DNA from: Ascoidea asiatica JCM 7603
Lineage: Eukaryota > Fungi > Ascomycota
NCBI GenBank assembly: GCA_001600695.1
Contig: BCKQ01000002.1
Coordinates: forward strand, 1,902,258 to 1,966,257
DNA length: 64,000 bases
Direction of reading: 5' to 3'
Shown: piece by piece, positions 56,218-64,000 of the stretch
Numbering within the stretch: the stretch's first letter is position 1
Layout: each line of letters begins with the position of its first letter
The notes under the pieces: generated by a model
What the model was told of the DNA's origin: nothing
Databases searched by the model: none
What the model saw: only the letters and a program-made list of their open reading frames with translations
Made by a program: the position numbers and the translations under genes

Positions 56218-57108
56218 TTATTCAATTCTTCTTGGAATATAATGTGGAATTTCAGGATAAACTTTACTCCAAGTTTTATTTAAATAATTTGTTAAAATAG
56301 CTTTTTTTAAATAAAAATTTTTATTAACTAATTTTTTTTTATTATCTTCATAATAATATAATAATTTAAAATTTTTTATTTCATTTTTATTCTTTATTCT
56401 TTTATAATAATATTGTAATTCATCTGATTCATAAAAATGTTCTAATAATCCTTTTCTAAAGATTTGTATACCTTTATCTTCACTTTCATCTTCACTTTCT
56501 TTTACTTTTTCTTTTTCTTTTTCTTTTTCTTTTTCTTTTTTAATTATTGATTCTAATATATTAAATTCAAATCCTCCAATTTGTGGAATTTCTTCCGTTA
56601 ATTTTGAAAGTTGATTAAAATTTTCTTTTTCCATTATTGGTATTCTTTCATTATTTGGATTTAATGGTGATGGTAATTTTAATGATATAATATTTAATAT
56701 TCTTTTATAATTAAAATTCTTATTATTATTATTATTATTATTAATAATATTAATATTATATTTTGATTGACTTAAATCAATTTCAATAACATTTAAATTA
56801 CTTTTTCCATTTTTTCTTTTTTTATATTTATTTGAATCATTTTTTCTTAATTTTATAAAATCTTTTAAAATTTTAATTGACATTGAAAAATTATATTTTA
56901 AAATTTTAAATAAAAATATTGGATATCTATAAATTATAATATGTAAAAAAATTTCTTCAACTAAATTTTCAACTCCTTCTCTAAATATTATTTCTCCATC
57001 TTTTTTATCTAATAAATCCATCCAATATATTCTTCTACTTCCTTGATTTATACTTCTATTTATTATTCTAAATCTATCTTCATTTTCTTCATTTTCTTCA
57101 TTCTCCAT
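56218..57108 (-). CDS. Orphan hypothetical protein (296 aa), possibly the 3' part of a gene frameshifted at an A12 run
   Basis: Long open frame with genome-typical codon usage; overlaps upstream ORF 57098-57379 at a homopolymer. Confidence 0.55.
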   Translation of the reverse strand: MENEENEENEDRFRIINRSINQGSRRIYWMDLLDKKDGEIIFREGVENLVEEIFLHIIIYRYPIFLFKILKYNFSMSIKILKDFIKLRKNDSNKYKKRKNGKSNLNVIEIDLSQSKYNINIINNNNNNNKNFNYKRILNIISLKLPSPLNPNNERIPIMEKENFNQLSKLTEEIPQIGGFEFNILESIIKKEKEKEKEKEKVKESEDESEDKGIQIFRKGLLEHFYESDELQYYYKRIKNKNEIKNFKLLYYYEDNKKKLVNKNFYLKKAILTNYLNKTWSKVYPEIPHYIPRRIE

Positions 57109-57813
57109 TTTTTTTTTTTAATAAAATATAGAATCCATGAATTTTAATTATAATTTTGAGATTTTTTTTACTTAAAATATTAAAATACCTATAAAGAAAG
57201 ATAAAATGTTCTAATAAAATTAAATTTTTGATTAAATTTATTGACTTATTATTGTTATTAGTTCTTATGTTACAGTTTTTATTTTCTTTATTAAATTTGG
57301 AGCGCAAAGCTAGCTCAGACGTTTGAATGTCAAAAACGGCAACTATATGTCGGTTAAAAGCCATTGGAGGCGTCTTCATGCACCAAAAATTCCAGATTCT
57401 ATTTTATGCAGTCCAAAGCGGGTCTGCTTTTTAATTTAATAGGAATTACTCTTAAAAATTAAAAAAGAATTTTCAAATAAATTTCTTTGATAATAATTAA
57501 TTTCAATTGTTTTAAATATTATATTTACAACTTCTTTTAAATTCAATTAAAACAAGATATACATCAATGATTTCATTTTATAATATAAAATATAAATAGG
57601 CATATGCATTAAGAAACTTAAAATTTGAAAAAATAAAAATAAAAATAAAAATAAAAATAAATAAACCACAAAAAAGAGCAGAGAAAATAAAAAAATAACA
57701 AAGCACAAAATCAAAATCAACATCAAAATCAAAATCAAAATCAAAAAAAAAAAACTTTTAATTAGACAACCACAAAATTAAAACACAATTCAAATTCATA
57801 AAATCAAAATAAT

Positions 57814-59313
57814 TCAAACTTTGCATATTTTAAATCCAGCACATGCAATTCTGGAAAGACATAAGGAAAAAGTACATACTATACTAACTACTGCTGCAAA
57901 TATAACTAAATTTGAATATCCATTAGAAGTTCCTGAATTTCCAATTATAGCTCCTCCAATTGGTAATCCAATTAATCCTCCAAAACTAGAAACACTATAT
58001 GCTGTACCATATCTTTTACCAAAATCTTTTGTATTACTTATTTGTCCACAACATGATGCTCCTAAACTTAATACTGCTCCTCCAAAAAATCCCCATAAAC
58101 CTGAAAAAACATATAAACAATTTAAATTTGATCCAAATGGTAACCAAATTATAAAAATTAATATTGATGAAAAAAAGGAAACAATACTTAAAACATTAAA
58201 TCTACCAAATTTATCTGCATAATATCCTGGTATAAATCTACCTGGAATTCCAGTTAAATTTATAATTGTAATTAAAAGTAAACTTTTTGAATCTGATATT
58301 CCTTTTGCAACTGCATATGATGAAATATATGATAAAACAAGAAATGTATATAATTGAATAAAAAATAATCCTAATACAAAAAATGAATATCTTGCTTCTT
58401 TAAAATACGTAAAGTTAAAACTACCTTTAAATATATCTTTAATAATTTCTGAATAAAATTTTAATTTCTTTTTAGATTCAATATTTGAAGTTTTAACTTT
58501 TCTTGGTAATCTATCTTTCATTAAAATTGTAGATAAAGTTTGAGTAAATAATAAAATAAATCCTAAAATTCTCATTGACCATGTAAAACCAACTTTTGGA
58601 TATAAATATCTTAATAATAATGGAATTAATCCACCTCCAAGAGATGCTCCAGAAGTTGCAGCTGCAATTGCTAAAGCTCTATTTTTTGAAAACCAATGAG
58701 AAATTACACTTACATTTGTAGTAAATGTTAAAGAATTTCCAATTCCATTTAATATACCAAAACATAAAATAAATTGATAATATTTTGTACAATTTCCTAA
58801 AGCAAAAAAAGATCCACTCATCATTATAGTTCCTGAAATCATTGGAAATTTAGAACCTTTTGTATCAAACATATATCCTGCAATATTACTTAATGCAGAA
58901 AATAAAAATGAATATATTGAAAAAATCCAAGAAATATCTGATGTAGAATATTCAGTTAAAATATTATATTGAATATAAGATTGTATTGATCCATATGAAT
59001 TTGATATACCACCAGAAGTGATTAATCCAATAAAAGCTCCAAGTACAACAATCCATGCTCTTAAACCTCCATCTGGAAAATCTAATCCACCATCAAGATC
59101 ATTTTTAATAACAATTTCATTTTTTTCAAAATTATCACTTGGAATAACATTTAAAGTAGATTCAGAAGAATTTGATTCAAGATCAATTATTTTTTTTGGT
59201 TCTTCTTCTTTATTTGAAAATTTTTTTTCAATAGAATTATTTAAATCAGTTAAAGTCTTAACTGAATTTTGAGATTTTTTGAAATGAGATAAAAAAGGTC
59301 TTGAATTTAACAT
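57814..59313 (-). CDS. Monocarboxylate-porter-like MFS transporter (Mch4/Mch5-like)
   Basis: FPDGGLRAWIVVLGAF, ISWIFSI, HWFSKNRALA, GFTWSMRILGF, GRFIPGYYADKFGRFN, QIS...FGKRYGT. First ATG at 59313; the track start is TTG 59409. Confidence 0.9.
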   Translation of the reverse strand: MLNSRPFLSHFKKSQNSVKTLTDLNNSIEKKFSNKEEEPKKIIDLESNSSESTLNVIPSDNFEKNEIVIKNDLDGGLDFPDGGLRAWIVVLGAFIGLITSGGISNSYGSIQSYIQYNILTEYSTSDISWIFSIYSFLFSALSNIAGYMFDTKGSKFPMISGTIMMSGSFFALGNCTKYYQFILCFGILNGIGNSLTFTTNVSVISHWFSKNRALAIAAATSGASLGGGLIPLLLRYLYPKVGFTWSMRILGFILLFTQTLSTILMKDRLPRKVKTSNIESKKKLKFYSEIIKDIFKGSFNFTYFKEARYSFFVLGLFFIQLYTFLVLSYISSYAVAKGISDSKSLLLITIINLTGIPGRFIPGYYADKFGRFNVLSIVSFFSSILIFIIWLPFGSNLNCLYVFSGLWGFFGGAVLSLGASCCGQISNTKDFGKRYGTAYSVSSFGGLIGLPIGGAIIGNSGTSNGYSNLVIFAAVVSIVCTFSLCLSRIACAGFKICKV

Positions 59314-61139
59314 TTGAATTATATTTAATTGTATTAATACTTTTATTTTTTTTAATACTTTTAAAAATTTATAAAAAACTTTTATCTGAAATTTATGAAT
59401 AAAATTCAATCATTTTTATATAAATTCGTTAATATGGGGAGTTCAAAAAACCAGAAGTAAGAAATATCTCTTTCAGTAGTTCAAAATTAGTATTATAACT
59501 AACATTGTTGATGCTAAGGTAGTATAAAGACACTCTAGAAAATTTTTCAGAGAAATCACTTGAATTGTAATGAACTATAATTAGCGAAAGAAAAATTTCT
59601 TTTTTATAAAAATTGCTACAGTTAACTCTGCTTTGTTTTATTTGACAAAAGTTTTCGATTCTTAGAAACGTTTTCATATTTTCTCATGAATTGTTCTGGA
59701 TTGAATCAAAAAAATAAGTCGAGGTTATTCTTTCAAAAGAAAATTTGAATCACGCAGTCAATTGAAAAAAACAACTCCAATAATGAAATCTGTCAAATAT
59801 TCTTCAAATTCTCTTTCAATTAAAGTTCGGATAAATTATAAAAAATTGAATTGATTTGGAAATAAAATAAAGCAACTAATAGAAGAATTTAAGAACAAAA
59901 TTCGACTAAATTAGAATTGTACCATTGTTTTAGTTATTTTTAGGAAATAGAACCCCGTCAAGAGCATTATTTTTCGAAAAAAAAAGTATAAACGGAACCT
60001 TAATCTTTCTTATTTCTTCTTAACCAGTACCCATAAAATTTTTTATAGCTGTCACTTATTAAATATCGAGAATTTCGACAATATTGAAATTCTTTCATTC
60101 TTTTACACACCTTCATTTTAATGACCAAGTATTAAAATATTTTTTCTGCTTTAATAATAGAATTAAGCAATAATGAATGATTCAATGAAATGACTCTTTC
60201 CTATAAATAGACATAACACTTTAGAATCATTCAAAACTTCAAATAATCATGAATCCACAAAAAAATATTTCATTCCATTTAACAGCACTTAACACCCGAA
60301 GGACAATATTTTTAAAAATATTTCTCGACTGTTAAACCATCCAGAGTTATCTTTTTTTTTTCAAAAAAAAATTATTTGAAAGTACTCCTATTTCCGCCTA
60401 AGTATACTGAAATTAAATTAGAAAAATCAACATAGTCGCTCCACTAGTAGCTGTACTAAGGAATGTACATTAATAAATTCTGGAAGATAGGATCACACAA
60501 TTGCAAAAACATTCAATAATCTTTGACATTTCCAACAGACATAGTTTATGAATAAAATTAGCGATGAACAATGAACTATGAATTTGAACAATGTTAATAG
60601 CAGAATCGAATAAATATGCTGGGGTCTTGCAGCGCAATTTATGCGCAATTTTTTAAATGCAACTAGCTGCAACAGGAGCACTATGTTGTCAAGCTCAAAA
60701 ATAGCTAAAGAACACTCCAAATCGAAACGCGCTTGCTTCAAAAAAGATCCCCAAAACTGGTCTCCGTCTGGAATTTTGAAGTTTTTCCTGAAATTTTTTG
60801 ACGGAAAAACTGAAAATATTGGAAAATCTGAAAAAGCACAATCGGAAAAACTTCTTGGAGCCAGGTGCACATGACTATCTTCGGGATCTGAGAAAGGGAG
60901 AAATGTGGGGGTGAGAATAAGAATCAAAAATCAACAATAACTTAATATCGTTAGTGTAGAAAAGTACCAAATTTTTGAATTTGAATAGACCTTAGCTTTC
61001 TTTTATTCGAATTGCCAAATATACCATCAATCACTCACATAAAAACTTTGGAAACATTTGTTCATGGATTTTCCTAATCTAATACTCATCATCTATTAAA
61101 AAACTTCAAGGAAGAAGCTCAATTGGTCGTTTTTTAACA

Positions 61140-62447
61140 ATGAAATTATTCAACTTTTTTCTGATTTTAATATCAATTCTTCTATATTTAAATATATGCT
61201 CATCAAAGATATTAAATTCAGGTGTAATTGAAGTTGATGAATCCAATTTTGAGGATATAATAAATCAAAAGGGTAAAATATCTTTAATAAATTTTTATTC
61301 TCAATCTTGTATACATTGTTCAAAATTAAAACCAAAATTTCATTTTTTACCAAAATTATATAAAAATGATAATGATAAATTTCAAATTATTCAAATAAAT
61401 GCTCCAAAAAATAAAAAATTTATTAAAAGATATGATTTAAATAAATATCCAACTTTAAAATTAATTTTAAATGATGGTTCAATAATTTCAAATTTCAATG
61501 GTCCAAGAACTTTAAATCATTTGATAGATTATATTAAAGATAATATTGGAATTTTTCCAAAATGGCCTGAATCAAATGTGAAAGATTTAATTTTAAATGA
61601 AAATGATAATATTTTATTTGATTTTTTTACAAATTTAATCAATGAAATTAATATAAATGAAAATTTTACTCTTGATATAAATAATCAAAATAATTTTTTC
61701 AAACTTTTATTAAATGAAAATATTAACAATCATAAATCTATCTTAATTTCATTTATAACTCCTTGGTTAAGTGATTGGCATGAAAGAACTTCATTTTATG
61801 AAGAAATTGCAACTGAATATATTAAAAAAAATAACAATAGAAATATTATATTTATTAAAGTTGATTCAACTTTACCCGAAAATAAAAATTTAATTTCTTT
61901 ATTCAAAATTAATAAATTTCCAGCCTTGATTTATTTTCAATCCAAATATCCAAATGAAATTTCAGCTTCTAATACTATTGGAAACAAGTTTTTTAATTCA
62001 TTAAATTTTATCAAATATCATATTTTTGATCATTTCTTATATAATGATTCAACTAAAATTAATAGTTCAAATGATCAAATTAATAATTCTAATTCCAATT
62101 CAATAAACCCTTGGCTAGATTTAACATTCAAACTTTTCACTTTAGATGATTTTCAGGAAGGAAGAATGTCAAAAGATGTTATAAAATCTATTGTTGATAA
62201 TAAGTTCAATGATTTGAAAAAAAATTTCAAGTTTCTTGATTTTTTTGATATTTCAAAAAATAATGAATTACAAAAAGAAATTGAAAATGATATTTTTATC
62301 AAAAATAAACCAACTAAAAAAAAAGGTTTTACTGTTCAACAAGGTTCTTTTAATAATTTCCAGGAAGAAAATGAAGAAGAAGAAGAAGAAGAAGAAGAAA
62401 ATAATGATGATGATGATGAATATTTTAAAAAATTAAGAGAATTTTAA
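61140..62447 (+). CDS. ER thioredoxin/protein-disulfide-isomerase-family protein
   Basis: Signal peptide; INFYSQSCIHCSKLKP active-site-like CxHC and YPTLKL; a second redox-inactive Trx-like domain (FITPW...FPALIYF); acidic tail ending KLREF. Confidence 0.75.
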   Translation: MKLFNFFLILISILLYLNICSSKILNSGVIEVDESNFEDIINQKGKISLINFYSQSCIHCSKLKPKFHFLPKLYKNDNDKFQIIQINAPKNKKFIKRYDLNKYPTLKLILNDGSIISNFNGPRTLNHLIDYIKDNIGIFPKWPESNVKDLILNENDNILFDFFTNLINEININENFTLDINNQNNFFKLLLNENINNHKSILISFITPWLSDWHERTSFYEEIATEYIKKNNNRNIIFIKVDSTLPENKNLISLFKINKFPALIYFQSKYPNEISASNTIGNKFFNSLNFIKYHIFDHFLYNDSTKINSSNDQINNSNSNSINPWLDLTFKLFTLDDFQEGRMSKDVIKSIVDNKFNDLKKNFKFLDFFDISKNNELQKEIENDIFIKNKPTKKKGFTVQQGSFNNFQEENEEEEEEEEENNDDDDEYFKKLREF

Positions 62448-62691
62448 TCATAAATTAAATAACTTATATTGTTAATATAATTTGTATTATGTGAGTGTAC
62501 ATATTTCATTAGATATAAATTTTTAAACGTACTTGTAGAAATTTCATATTTTGATTTATTATAGAATTGACTCAGATCGGTTAATAGTTGAATTTGAAAC
62601 TTTCTACAAATAGTACATTGAAAATAAAATAGAATACTTTTTTATTTAATTAACTTTATTATCCATATCCATATCTATATCCATATCTATA

Positions 62692-63180
62692 TTAATTTGA
62701 ATTGGAATCTGTGTGTGAAAATTGTATTTCAAATTTAAACTTGAACCTGATATCATGAAACTTTACAAAATCTTTTATATTCTTAATAAAATTATGTTTG
62801 AATACAATATCAAAGTAAATGATTATTAATATGATTACTTTAAGAAGCCTTTTTATCTACTAATGAGTACATATACATTCATCAAATAGGCTTTTTTTTT
62901 TTTTTTGGGAATTATTTGCTACTTATTGAGGAGTTTCTTCTGGTTTATTTGTTTCAATAATACATTGAACCAAATGTCGATTTTGATTCTGAGATATTAT
63001 AGGAATATTATTGATATTATTTTCAGTATTACTATTTGAATTGATGGAACCATTTTTTCACTTCTATAAAGTTCAAATTTAAAATTGTTGAAGAATACTA
63101 AAGAAACAAAATCTTTAAAAATTTCAAAATTGAGTAAGTGATAATAATTTATAATTTTCTGGATTATCAAATTCTTCAAT
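62692..63180 (-). pseudogene. Degraded coding remnant
   Basis: Protein-like segments (FEIFKDFVSL..FKFEL, RHLVQCIIE, FIKNIKDFVKF..FKFKFEI) broken by stops and frameshifts. Confidence 0.3.
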
Positions 63181-63667
63181 TTCTAAAAAAATTAAACGTA
63201 TTAAAAGAAAAAAAAAAAAACGTGCGAAACGTAAAAGGGATAAAAAAAGACTTAAAAAAGCCAAATATAATTCAAAAAAGTATGTTCCTTCAAATATAAA
63301 TAGTTGGTCGCATTTAGATAAAGAAGGAAGTTATTCAACTAAAAGATTTGAAGGCAGCGATACTTCAGATGAATCTGAAGATGATGATAGAGATTACGAT
63401 GCTTTAGATGATTACTACCCTGATGATTCTGATGATGATGACAGTGACAGTGATAGCGATAGTAATATTGATAGTGATATTGATAGTGATGAGTTCAGTG
63501 ATGAGAATAGTAATTCTTTAGATGATGAAGAAGATGAAGAAGATGATGAAGATGACAATGACTACGATAATTATCATAGTGATGACAATGACAATGACAA
63601 TGACAATGATTATGATAATTATGATAACAATGATGGTGATAATGATTATGATAGTGATTCTTGGTGA
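63155..63667 (+). pseudogene. ATG-less open frame: basic NLS-like block followed by a long Asp/Glu/Ser tail ending DSDSW*
   Basis: About 170 codons open (SKKIKRIKRKKKKRAKRKRDKKRLKK...SWSHLDKEGSYSTKRFEG...DDDD); in-frame stop at 63152-63154; no ATG and no clear splice acceptor. Confidence 0.45.
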
Positions 63668-64000
63668 AAGGAATCATCATGGTATCTAACTATATTGAAT
63701 CAAATCTGAGAAATTTTTATCTTTTATCAATTATTCATCATTAAATAATATTTTCTATACAACTATCTATTAACTTTTATAAATATACTTATTCATTTCA
63801 TATAACTAAATCACAGTATTCTCTTTGAATTCATTAAATATTATTGAAAAGGCATATTTTTTTAATGAAATGACTAAAAACAAGTATCCAAATAAGAGTT
63901 CATTATTTTGATTCAATTATGATTTGACGAATATAATAAAAAATATCTTTTTAAAAATAATTTTGAGACAAATTTCTTTTACAAAGAGTGAATCCAAGAA

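Overview
A very AT-rich budding-yeast (Saccharomycotina) chromosomal segment. It has poly-Asn proteins, few short introns and sharply bounded GC-rich promoter islands. The composition and CTG usage suggest an Ascoidea-like CUG-reassigned yeast (inference only). Recognisable genes: a DGR2/LAF1-type WD40 protein, TVP18, an RCK1/2-type kinase, KCS1, YCP4, an ATR1-type MFS, an RTA1/RSB1 protein, DUR3, a fumarate reductase-cytochrome b5 fusion (real start in an upstream exon), IRC20, ZIM17, a secreted EEP-jacalin protein, a PHO5-type acid phosphatase, an F-box-like/LRR/2-TM protein, an MCH-type MFS, a PDI-family protein, and tRNAs Ile(AAT), Asp(GTC) and Ser(AGA). The main result is absent from the ORF track: two intron-split, stand-alone 137-aa jacalin/griffithsin-like lectin genes (5904-6453 + and 54462-54973 -). 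They share the same intron position and lack signal peptides. With the EEP-jacalin gene they give three jacalin domains in 64 kb, a candidate lectin-based defence or recognition system. Also hidden: a 39-aa RanBP2-type zinc-finger micro-ORF paralogous to a 98-aa orphan, a 54-aa sORF downstream of an otherwise orphan GC island, and several frameshifted or headless gene remnants. All reconstructions were done by eye; no searches were run.
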